64,000 nucleotides of DNA, taken from contig NC_042998.1 of the NCBI RefSeq assembly GCF_006345805.1, forward strand, positions 110,608,001 through 110,672,000, read 5' to 3'. The notes under the pieces were generated by a model, which was not told where the DNA came from, ran no database searches, and saw nothing but the letters and a program-made list of their open reading frames with translations. Source of the stretch: Octopus sinensis. Its lineage: Eukaryota. How positions within the stretch are numbered: the stretch's first letter is position 1; every line of letters starts with the position of its first letter. Shown here one piece after another: positions 52,233 to 64,000 of this stretch. A program made the position numbers and the translations under genes.

Positions 52233-53714
52233 CAACAGATGAAGTGTGAGGAAAGGTGAGTATCTGGGTACCTTCACTTAACTAGTGATCCGGGTAGGCT
52301 ATACTCTTTAGCCTTGGGTGCCAAGTAGCCTAGGAGAAAGAAGACTCTGTGTCCCAAACCAGAAAAACAAGGCCCCTGCCGCCTTGGTGGACTGCCTTGA
52401 TAGAGCTGATGTCTCAATAAAAATACCATTTGGCAGTAACCTAAAAACACACGTCAATGGTGAGTGAAGTTGTCAAACAAAATAAATGACGATAACGGTG
52501 TGAACAGGACTGGAACCAATGGGAGAAGGTACCGCACCCGGCAGTTTCCCTACTGTGCGGCAGGTGAGCCCGGTTGTAATCTAACAACTGCTAGCTATGC
52601 TACAAGACATTGTCTTTGTATTGATCAAAATATGCAACGTGCTCGCAAATGCAAGTGGCCTGTTGTTATGAACCAAAAGGAGATCCAGTGCCATGTACAA
52701 GCCTTGCTGAAAAATATCTGAAAACTTTAGAAATACCCTACAATGTAGGTGTATTCCAAAAGTCAACGTTACTTGGAACTGCACGCATACTGTGTAGAGT
52801 ACTGTCTGTCTGTACAAACCACCGGTAGACACAATATCCCCAATCAACAACCTCACGATATTGTATACTGTGCGACGTCTATGATAACAACAATAATGAT
52901 AAGGCTAAGAATAAGTGATCGGAAAGGATGCACTGAGGCACTGATATGCAGCGCCCAGGAACAAGCTCAGAGCTAATTACACCAAGTTCCAAATAGATAA
53001 GAGTAGCGAATGTTTGGTAGCAGAAAAGAAACAATCTCACATATTGTGAGTGAATGTAGCAAGCTGGCCCTGAAGCACTGCAAAAGGAGGTACAATAACG
53101 TGGCTAAGTTCGTCCACTGGAGGATATGTGAAAAGTACGGCCTGAAGAGAACACGGAAATATTACGAACATGAACCCGAAGGAGTCACCAAGAACAAAGA
53201 GCATAAGATACTGTGGGATTTTACAATCCAGTGTGACTCCCTAATCGATGCTCGGAGACCAGATATCGTGGTAGATAAAGGGAAAAGGAAACCAAAATCA
53301 TAGATATTGCAATACCTAGAGATGCTTGCATAAGTGACAGAGAACTAGAAAAGATTGAAAAGTACAGACTACTAAAAGACGAAGTTGCAAGAATGTTGAC
53401 TATGAGGAGAGTGTCTGTTATTCCAGTAGTTGTAGGGGCACGCGGAACACAAAAAAACTAAGTTCGAGAATATGTCAAAGAAATCAGAATTGACATGAGA
53501 GCGGAGCAATCCTTAAAGAACTGCTCTGTTGGGGACAGCTAGGCTTTTGAGATTGGTACTTGGATGTTGAATGTCTCCAACGAAAATTTGCAACCAAATA
53601 CCAAAGCTTATAATGTGCGGAAACAGACCCTGTGTGACCTCTGACAGCAGGCTGCTGTCCGCTCTCATAGAATCTACCAGAACAAACAAGACTGTGTCTT
53701 CTCAAAAGTAAAAC
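52231..53714 (+). mobile_element. Internally deleted R4/Dong element retaining both ends
   Basis: Putative 5-prime UTR, N-terminal RARKCKWPVVMN..IQCH.QA, then TEALICSAQEQA, ETISHIVSECSKLA, ILWDFTIQCD..IDARRPDIV; (AAT)n on both sides. Confidence 0.8.
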
Positions 53715-54597
53715 AATAATAATAATAATTATAACAACGACAACAAGAAAAGAACAACAACAACTACACCAATAATAATGATGATGATGGTGATGATAAG
53801 AGACTGAATATTGTTTGTGTAGTGTATGCCAGTAAAGTGTACTGCGAAATAATAGGTGAACATTCAATGAAGATCTAATTAAGCAATAAAGTGCACACTT
53901 ATTTTTGTACTATTTTATTCTTTCTCCTTAAAAGGCATGGATGCACCTCTCGATAATATTGTATTAAATTTCTTTAACACTCTCGTCTCATCTTTTTAGG
54001 CAGTATCCCTATGGGGAAATTATGTTTAAATTTCTTCACAAGCCCTCTGCCGCAATTCTAGTTTATGCGTAAATAACTGATTCATAACAAGGCTAAAATC
54101 CCTTTGTTCTTCATATTAAAATACATATTCTCTTCCATAACTTTTATAGAACGAAATTTTATTTTTATATTTATTTCCTCTGCGAAATTTTGAAGGATGA
54201 ATTTGTATAACGAACATTGAACACTGCTGTCACTGTCAACCTATCTGACTTTTAAAACTGAAAAGGAAATAAGTACAGAAAAAAATCCAATATTTTAACG
54301 AAAAAAATCTATAAGGTTGAAGCGCATATGCACTTGGAAAGTTATTGTATAAATACCATTGCATGATTATCATGAAATTTCATTCTTTGAAATTCTGTAA
54401 AGAAAATAAATTTAAAAAGAGAAAAGAAATTTTATTTTCTTCACGAAAATAATAAAAGTAAATAATGAACAAGTATATTATGTAGATTGATACACAAAGA
54501 GATATGTAGAAAGTATCTGAACTAAATATTTGAGTGCCAATCCATCGGATCTTTTAATATATGTCATCTTAAGAACATTTGTATTGTTTCAATTTAG

Positions 54598-54809
54598 GAA
54601 TGAATATAACAAACTCGAATCGCCATTCATGTTATTCGACTCCATTTGCAATCTCGACTGTCATTTTAGATTTCGAATACTCACTAGCCGACGGATTTCT
54701 GACACTATTCATCATCAAAGTTGAAATAGAAAATTCAGTAAGAACAAAACATCGCACAATATTTACAAAACCACTTCATGGCGCAATAGCATGTAACATC
54801 CAGGAAGTG
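54598..54809 (+). CDS. Candidate 212-bp host-gene exon (phase 1 to 0)
   Basis: gtttcaatttAG acceptor, GTG/GTAAGC donor; the frame is open across the exon and closes just after the donor. Confidence 0.45.
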
Positions 54810-55098
54810 GTAAGCTATTAAAATTGCAACATTGTCATATTTTCAATAATATACACTTACAATTTCAATGCAGATCAAAGACAAAAGATAGAGTTGTTTG
54901 TGAATTACAAAACTACAGCATGTTGAATAAAACATTTTGCTGTAGATAGTATTTTCCGATTTTTACTAACAAAGAAACACTCAAACACAATCTCTCTCAC
55001 TCACTTTTACACTCAAGCAGTACATCGCACTCCCGCTCCCCTCATTTGTCCATCTCTCTCTTTCTATCTCTTTGCCCTCTCTCTGTCTATCTCTCTGC

Positions 55099-55243
<145 letters not shown>

Positions 55244-55974
55244 GCAAAAGTTAGCAACTGACTGAAGTTTTATTTTCCTGTCTGTCTCAGCAAAATTATA
55301 TGCGAGTGTATGTCTTTGCGTGTATGTGTGTGCGTGTGCTCTCGAGTATACGTGTGTACATATGCGTGCACGCAGACAACTGTTTATGAGATTTTGTATA
55401 TGTGATGGATATGCGTTCATGTATATGCTTTTATAAACATTTCTAAGAAATACACCCTGAATGCAACGTTAAGCAATAATCTAAGAACATTCAATAAAAT
55501 AGGTTAAGCCTGCTTTATATATGATGTTCTGTAGTTCGTCCGAATTTAAGAAAACATCAATTCAATAAACATATAAATTAAAGTAAACATATAGAATTCA
55601 AGGGCACAAATAATTTTATGGTAATACATTGCATTAGAAGGAACAAAATACAAGCCCGAAAGTGCTAAGGAATTAATGAGGAAATCAGATTTGCCCCGGT
55701 TATATGCTATTAACCACGACGTGTTATTAGGTTGAAACTTCATATTTCAAATCTAATATATTTATAAATAGTATTGAACAGAATAAAAACTGCATACACA
55801 CATACATACGTACCTACTTACACACATACACACACATATAAATATATATATATATATACACACACATACATATATATTGTATATTTATAAATATATGTCT
55901 GTGCGTGTGTAAGTATGTAAGTCTAAGTACTTAAGTATGTACGCACACATACACACATATATATGTATAGTTGA

Positions 55975-56520
55975 AATTTACAGAAAAAGAAAAGACGATG
56001 ACCCATGTATAAACAACAAGCAGGTGTATTAGTTTGACTCTCGGGAAGGTGAGAAAGTCTTCTACAAAATAAACAGAGGGAGAATAAAAAAAACGTGTAG
56101 ATCTAGCGGTCAATCATCGTGACTGGTTAGAAAGAGGTAGTTCGACAGGAGAGCTGGGAAGAAGGGGAGATAATAAAGCACTGGTAATCCCAAAACAAAA
56201 TTGCGCGTGCGTATGTGTATGTGAGAGTTTACAAGTGTGTGTGTGTGTGTGGATAGGGGCTAATGATTTTGACCTGGGGATGGGCGCGAGCGTAAGTGCG
56301 TACGTTTATAATGAGTGGATGTTGGCGTGGGTACTGGGAAGTGGTCAGTGCTAGTGTGTGCGGAGTGGTGTGGGGTGGGGTGATGTGTGGATTGGCGCTG
56401 TGGGGGTATAGGGATTTGAGAGTCGGGTGCAGGTACGTTGTGGGTTTGGTTTGAGGAAGTTAGGGTGAGGATGTGAAGTGGAGGTGTGCGTAGGGTTGGA
56501 GTATATGGAAGTGTGATGGG
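55975..56520 (-). mobile_element. PLE pLTR/3-prime UTR relic homologous to 3178-3915, HHR deleted
   Basis: Shared gtattagttt.actctcg.gaag.tgagaaagtctt...atcccaaaacaaa..tgcgcgtgcg and GT-rich tract. Confidence 0.72.
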
Positions 56521-57068
56521 ATACTCTCCATCCATTCTCCACCAAACACAAGCTAACGATTGCGTCCCAGCATAGCCGCAGCTCTTGAGCTGTAACGATC
56601 AAGAGATAAAGAATAAAGGATATGTATGTATGTCTGTATGTATGTATGTATGTATGTATATGCATACATGAATGTATATGTTTATGAATGCACGCACACA
56701 CGCACACACACACACAAACACACACACATATATATACATATATTATAAATTACTATTTTCAATCTACAAAGTTTTAAAGGATTTTTTGTTAGGTCAAAAC
56801 CACACAAGAAAGACAAATTTATTAACACAAAAAAAGTGGTTTTCATGAAGTTAGTAATTAGAAAATGAAATCTATTTATTATAAAGGTAAAGTGCAATAT
56901 CTCTGAGTTAAAGATTATTTCCGGAAGAACTGAAATTGTACTCAAGAGCATTTATTTTTATTTATTAATTAATAAAAAAAACAGGATTTTGAGCTAATAT
57001 ATATAAATATTACATATAAGGCACAATGTGTATACATACATGGATATACATACTTACATATATATATA

Positions 57069-57142
<74 letters not shown>

Positions 57143-58200
57143 CACGTGTGTGGGTTTGTGTGTATACACGAAGCTGGTGTTTGTGATTATTACACAGTGT
57201 ATATAACACATGCACACACACATGTTCCTACATTCCTTCATGTATATTACTTTTGCTATAAATAAATGTGATACGCCATACTTATGTAATATTTACTCAT
57301 ACATGTATACCTAGATTTATGCATATTTCTAAGTATATGTGTGCATATCTGTGTCTATTAATTTGCTAGGTGTGCTGTGATATAACTGTTTCTTTCACAT
57401 TCAACTGATTTTCTTTATGGACGTACTCACCAAAGGGGAATTCCTTTTATGGTATTTACAATATAAAAGTTCTGACAAAATTAGTTGACGTCCGTTCATT
57501 GATTCGAATAATGTTTTTTCGATAAAGAAGGATTTTATTTTTCTGATTCTAGTTAAATGAATATTTCTTATATAATGGTGTTACCTGTTTCTTGTGTTTT
57601 ATAGTAAACCTAGTTCTAATCAACATCAATCTCATCAGTATGGCTTCGATCGAGCTGTTTTCGTCACTGTTTATTTGGCTCTAGCGAGAAAAATGTTGCC
57701 AGGGATATGTTTATAGGCATAGTCAGTTATCATAATTTTATTTCATATGACTATCACCTGCTTTATCCTTAACACATACGTTTTATGACATTCATTGTTC
57801 GGCAAGAAATATTTTGCTTCCTTATAATCTTATGATGGACTTCACTACAAAACCAGGAATATATTTTGGAAGCAAAAATTCAGTTGAGGAAACTCACAAA
57901 CAGAAAAAAGCCATTACAAACGGAACATACTAAAGAAATTTAATTATCTACTTGACTACTGATCTAGAGTCAGTAGATATCCTTTCTGCATTAGATATCT
58001 TTTCTACTATACAAACTTGTGATGATTATAAATCCACATAGTTTTGATCTTTACCCTTGAATCCATTCACAGAAATTGTTGTCTGGTATATGTTTCTAGT
58101 AATAACTTCAAGTCCAACATGAAAATCTCATCATAATTCTTATTTAAATTTAAAGTAGCACTTGCACTAATGTCAGTCGTGTTTGCTTATTTCCTGTTAG

Positions 58201-58340
58201 AACCTCATTTTATCGATGGAAAGAGTTTCACAAGATATATATTTGGATATTCCGCTCCAAGTCCCAAGTCAGTCAAAGTCAATTTTACCTTTAATCATTT
58301 TAGGATCGATAAAATATTACGTATACTGAATGTTGGATGG
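58201..58340 (+). CDS. Candidate 140-bp host-gene exon (phase 1 to 0)
   Basis: ttatttcctgttAG acceptor, GG/GTAAGA donor exactly at a codon boundary; PHFIDGKSFTRYIFGYSAPSPKSVKVNFTFNHFRIDKILRILNVGW. Confidence 0.5.
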
Positions 58341-59330
58341 GTAAGACATTTAGAGGGCCGAACAAGATACCTAGCGAGATCTTTACGACCTGGCAGCAAC
58401 GCTTATCACAACACTGTAACCAAGTTATATCGGCCCTAAAGTGGCTACCTTAATCATGTATATGAAACTTCAAATGATCTTCACCTGGCCGGAGTACATG
58501 AGTACATCTTTAATTTACTTTTACTGACGGAGCCCTTTTATATTTTATTACACAAATAGAAGTAATTTTTATCAGCAAGACCTTCCTTGCTGTGTTTTCA
58601 TTAGTGCAATTATTAGTGTGTATGAACATATCTATGTATGTGCTACGTATGTATGTATGTATTATGTATGTATGTATGTATGTATGTATGTATGTATGTA
58701 TGCATACATGCATACATGAATGTTCACTTCTGTTTTTGATTAAATTCTTTCTTTTAGAAAAAAGCTAGTTTCTACCATAAATACTAAACGTCATGGCTGG
58801 AATGCACATAACGAAAATGACGTCACATTTTAAACATGAGAAAAGTTTTGCATATTTCTACTGTTCCATTTACAGATTGTACTTGTAATGTGCGATTCAG
58901 TTGGTCGATTTTCTAAAAATCTGAGCTTATCCAGGCCGTCAGTTACACATTTACTCACAAAACTAAGTACACCATGTAATATGGTATAAATGTACATTTG
59001 TAATGTGGATTTAAAACTTGGAGATTTTGAAGCGGTAGTCTATAGTTATCCTCTTTCTCTTTGATCTTCAAAGAGATATTCATATCAACGGGACTGCTGA
59101 CCTTTATTACAGTACATACGTTTTCTTGTGTGTACCAAACAAAAATAACCGGCCAATAATGATTACACTTAATAAATGTTTTAATGGAAATGTTCCTCCA
59201 GTATTCGTTGTGTTGATGCTTGTGTACGTAGTTAAGTGAGATGCTGTACATGTATTCCAGTACAGCATTTTTCTAGATAGCATTGTGTATTGTTTTTACG
59301 AGAACGTCGTGTTATGTAAGGAAGCTGTAG

Positions 59331-59521
59331 CCTGATGACATTTCGTAGCATCTGCTAATTTAAGCTCCAAGTGCTGCAATGTCAATTTTGTCTATTAGTT
59401 TATTTCATAGTAATCATCTGTTCTTGCCTGATGACATTTTGTGGCATCTGCTAATTCAAGCTCCAAGGGCTTCAATGTATATTTAGTCTATTAGTTATTT
59501 TATAGTAATCGTCTGTTCTTG
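59331..59521 (+). repeat. Tandem duplication, 2 x about 96 bp
   Basis: cctgatgacattt...tctgttcttg repeated at 59331 and 59427. Confidence 0.88.
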
Positions 59522-59830
59522 GATTGCAAAATATAGCCTTCGAAATGTGACGTGATGTAGCAGTCTCTATTTCAAGAGAAATTACACTTCATGACAATAT
59601 TACTGTCGTCTTTCAGTATTCAGCTAACATACCTATCCATGGCTTGACTGGTATGCTGTAGACTTCACCTTCCAGCTAGGTAATGCGTAATGCATTTATT
59701 AATGCTGCTTTTGATTATCAAGGGCTATCTGAGAGAGCCTATTCGGCATTTGAAGACTGTCTCTACTTCTTTTATCTCTTCTCAGGTAGAACCTGTAGAT
59801 TTCTATGAGTCAAACTATCTTTATTTATAG

Positions 59831-59891
59831 TATCTTCGCATGATGTATTCATCAATGCCAAGGTACTTGTACCATTATGTTTGTGGGACAG
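59831..59891 (+). CDS. Candidate 61-bp exon
   Basis: ctttatttatAG acceptor, CAG/GTGAGA donor; two frames open. Confidence 0.3.
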
Positions 59892-60307
59892 GTGAGACAA
59901 TGAGATCATATATGCACATGTTTATGGGTCTGGAGACGGATGTTCCGCGTTTAACAATCAAATATGAACATTTCATTTCCCTAAATTTTAGACGTATGTC
60001 CGCTGAAAATGTTATGAATTCCATCTGTTTCTCTTTTGGCATTGTTCACATTTTTAGCATAAATCTAGAGGTCATCCATAAAGAAATTATAGGTTGCAGT
60101 AATATCTCTAGCAGTTGCAGACCCTAGCATGCACCCATTCGAGCTTGTAGCACAAATAATAATGGATTTAATGCAAAAATGAACAGCATTACATATGTAT
60201 GTATGTATTTTTATAGGTGTATATATGTATATTTTTACTTTATATATATATATGTGTGTGTGTGTGTTTGGCAGAAACCTAAAAATGTACTTGTAACTTA
60301 CTCTAAA

Positions 60308-62582
60308 ATGTCTCAAACAGATTCAGTAAATGGAACAAAAGGCTTGGGAACGTCAGGGGAACAAGTTTGGCTCGGCAAGTGTCTCAGTGTTTCACAGGCT
60401 GAAGCCGGTCGCCATCCTGCCACTTTGGTCAAACAATCTTCAAGAAAAATTAAAAATAAACATCCTTTGAATTTCGGATGTTGGAATGTGTACAAACTTG
60501 ATGATAATTTCAACAAGAGGCCAGAAAGGCGTGCTGCACTTATTTTATGTGGGCTTAAGAAATATTCCCTTGATATAGTTGCGCTCTCTGAAACTCGTCT
60601 CTCTGGTGATGGTCAAGTAAATGAACCTACTTATGGAAATACTATCTTTTGGAGATGCCTACCTAAGGGTCAGCGTATAGAATTTGGAGTTGGTTTTCTC
60701 TGAAAAATACATTAGTATCTCGCATTGTAGAGCTTCCAAGTGGTATATCTGAACGGATCATGTCATGCCGTATTAAACTGACAAAAGGCAGGTTTCTTAC
60801 CGTTGTCAGTATTTATGCACCAGCAATGTCCCATTCTGATGAAACTGTAGGACAGTTTTATGATGATCTAGCTCAATTATTGAGGAAAGCACCAGTTTCT
60901 GACGAGCTGATCATATTGGAAGATTTCAATGCAAGAGTTTGAAAAGACTATGTTTCATGGCCGGTTTTAGGTCGACATGGGATTAGAAAATGCAATAAAA
61001 CTGGAGTAGCTCTTTTGACAATTCGTACTGAAAACAATCTGGTTGTTACTAACACTGTTTAAGCAGAAAAATAAATATAAAACCCCCTGGATGCACCCAA
61101 GATCGAAGCACTGGCATCTCATAGATTATATTCTGATCGGCAAACGTGATATGAAAGACGTTTCTAGCGTTCAGGTCATGAGAGGGGCAGAGAGTTGGAC
61201 TAACCATCATCAAGTGCGTGGAAAAGTGGATTATTCAATAATACCTAAAAATCGACTGTCTGGTGCTAAGGTTCCCCAAAATGGAGTAAAGCAAGGAGAC
61301 CTTGATGCACCCTCCCTATTTGTAATATACTTTGCTGTTGTGCTGTCACATGATTTTCAAAACTCTGAGGAAGATATGTACATAAAATATCGAACAACAT
61401 TAGAGAACTTTTTATGCTGACGATTGCGATTTTGTCAGTCATTCTGAAACAGGTCAGCAAATTTTGTAACTGCATTTGACTCAACTTGTGATAATTTTGG
61501 GTTGAAATGCATCGACCTGCATGTGGTGCTGTTTGTAACTCACCTAAAATGTTTGTTAATGGAAAGTTACTTGAGGTTGTCGATTCGTTCGTCTACCTTG
61601 GAAGCTCAGTTCAAAATGATGGAAATCTTGATACAGAAATACAGTTGCGAATTCGAAGGGCAGCAAAAACATTCGGTGGCTTGGAGTCACGCGTTTGGTG
61701 CCAGTGACTTATAAATAAGAATACAAAGCTGGCTCTTTACAAATCATTTGTCTTACCATCCCTGTTGTATTCCTGCGAAACTTGGACTTGTAATGAAAGA
61801 TATTTTAAACTGTGAGAACAATTCCACCAAAAATGTCTTCATCACATTTTAAGAATTAAATGGATTTCTTTTACTCCAAACACAGATATCCTTGCATCTG
61901 CAGGCATTACCTCAATTAAAGCTATGATTTGGAGGAACCAATTGAGATGGAGTGGCCATATTGTTCGAATGGTAGATGAACGCATGCCGAAACAGCAGTT
62001 TTATGGTGAGCTTGCATTGGGGAAACTCTAACGAAGCAAACCTAAAAAAGGTTTCAAGATGGCATAAGGACTACTATGAAGTCACTTGGGATGGTTCCAG
62101 AAGATATAGAAACCCTTGCTTCTGATCGAGTTGGATGGCGAACAGAGGTGTGGAGTGGAGTGAACGCATTTGAAGAGGTCAGGATAACGCAAGTAAAACT
62201 CAAAAGAGATCTAAGGAAGATTGTAACGATTGAGAAGGTGAATGACAATGACCTTTTTGTGTGCACAGTCTGTGAGAGACGATGCCTGTCTTTTGCTAGC
62301 CTCAAATCCCATCTATGAACGCATGGAAAACGAACCTTCACCAGCTATTCTGCTTGTATATCTGTGCACACCTTTGAATGCAGTGTATGCCAGAAGGTCC
62401 ATTGGAGGCGTCAAAAGACATTTTAAGATCCACAAAGAGCAAACCTTATCTGCAGGTTTAGGTGCAATCTGTGTTGGTGTCTTTTCAGAACATTGGTTTA
62501 AAAAGCCACATCAGACAGCATGATGGTGCTAAGGTGTAGGTACAGTAGGTGGTCAAACTCTGTATAAGGTGTACACAACCAC
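60308..62582 (+). mobile_element. RTE-clade LINE (APE endonuclease + RT + C-terminal C2H2-like fingers), degenerate with internal deletion
   Basis: GCWNVY, DIVALSETRL, GVGF, SIYAP, DFNARV, HWHLIDYIL; NGVKQG..APSLF; YLGS, LRWSGHIVRM...PKQ..YGEL; CTVCERRCLSFASLKSH. Confidence 0.92.
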
Positions 62583-62585
62583 TAA

Positions 62586-62586
62586 C

Positions 62587-62620
<34 letters not shown>

Positions 62621-62770
62621 TGTATGTATGTATGTATGTATGTATGTATGAATGTATGTATGTATGTATGAATGTATGTATGAATGTATGTATGTATGTA
62701 TGTATGTATGTACGTACGTACGTACGTACGTGTTCGTGCGTGCATGTGCATGTGCATGTATGTATGTATG
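62586..62770. repeat. (TATG)n microsatellite
   Basis: Direct reading. Confidence 0.95.
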
Positions 62771-63172
62771 TACTCGTAGGTACGGAAGTGTGTATGAAAG
62801 CATTATCTATATTTCCATGCACGGATATGTCTCGCAGCTGCTTAACACTAAAACAATCAAAAGAAGCAGAGCTGTGATGAAATATCTTCCCTCTCGTCCA
62901 GTCGATTTTTATGGGCAATTTTGTATCTTTCGATTCCATTCTGTTCAGGAAATTTCTTAAATTATGGCGCATATTTTGAAGAACTATTTCTCTCAGGTTG
63001 AGTAAAACTATTTTGTTATCTCCATCGGCTAGAACGGCGCATATTCGAGAAAACAGAAGTAGCTACAAGACAAACCTCTAACATTTATATATTAACTATT
63101 AACGCACCATTGAAAAACATGATTACAGTGATTGAAGAAAGCTTGTTTCATGCCAGTTTCAGAATTGAAGTA

Positions 63173-63340
63173 GGCTGCGAGTTGGTAGAATCGTGAATAC
63201 GCCTGCAAAATGCTTAGCTGCATTTCGTTTGTCTTCACGTTGTGATTTCAAATTCTGCCAAAGCTAACTTTCAATATTTCGGTATCCATAAGAACCAGTT
63301 GAACACTGGGGTTGATGTAATCTACTTACACCTCCTCCGA
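63173..63340 (+). mobile_element. Old SINE family 2 copy
   Basis: ggc.gcgag.tgg.agaatcgt...ttcaaattc.gcc...cactggggt.gatgtaatc. Confidence 0.6.
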
Positions 63341-64000
63341 AATTGTTCCAAAATTTTAAATCAATATTAGAACGCAAAAATATGACGTTCTATACATCTT
63401 GGAATGGATATGCTAAAAAACCAAGCCGAGCATTTCTTTTGTACAATCACTTGCTGAGTTAAAATTTATAGCATAATAGAAAATAGGTTAGTCAAAAGTT
63501 ATTGCTCCCTCATTATCGTATCATTTTTAGTATGGATATACTTTTTCTTTGTAATGGAAGATAATTCAAATTATATACATATACAATTGTACGTCCCCAA
63601 AAGCAATGCTGCATACCTCTCTATTATAAAGTGTTGTACATAGCGTTGCAATAGATACTTACCAAAAACCCTGAAATGTGATAATAGTTATGATTAAGGA
63701 GTGCATATTATATTATAGATTGTCGTTTAATTCAGATCAGGCGCGATGCAGGAGAAGTTTTCAATTCTATGCTATAAACATTCCACTCTTTAGCACCGTA
63801 CTTCACATTGGCGATCACATTGTTTATTCTGCCTTTGTTAGAGATATAGACTATAATTTGCAGCTGTTCGAGTGGCTATGAAGATGTTCTTTTGTTAGCG
63901 AATATGATACTGTACTTTGTATATATTATATTATTTTGTCACATAGAATCATTCTTATCAAACTCTGTGAGAAGGAGCTTAGTCGAAGCAAAGTCAATAT

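Overview
AT-rich eukaryotic DNA dominated by microsatellites and transposable elements. The tRNA-type SINEs and repeat landscape resemble an octopus/cephalopod genome (from recall, not verified). There is no CRISPR array, rRNA or true tRNA gene, and most tracked ORFs are microsatellite translations or TE fragments. The stand-out is a young, uninterrupted Penelope-like element (PLE) at 22258-26171. It has a 711-aa RT + C-terminal GIY-YIG ORF, ~465-bp inverted pseudo-LTRs that each carry a minimal type-I hammerhead ribozyme (HHR), a second 62-bp inversion, and an apparent 14-bp TSD in (TA)n. Older PLE relics repeat the 'inverted 3-prime tail placed upstream' layout. About eight further HHR-like motifs occur, including a 114-bp HHR unit inserted with a 7-bp TSD into an R4 element. 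Other content: about ten R4/Dong-clade (RLE-endonuclease) non-LTR fragments, mostly embedded in (AAT)n; one RTE and one CR1-like LINE; five Tc1/mariner relics; a Helitron 3-prime end; SINEs; and several candidate + strand exons of an unidentified host gene.
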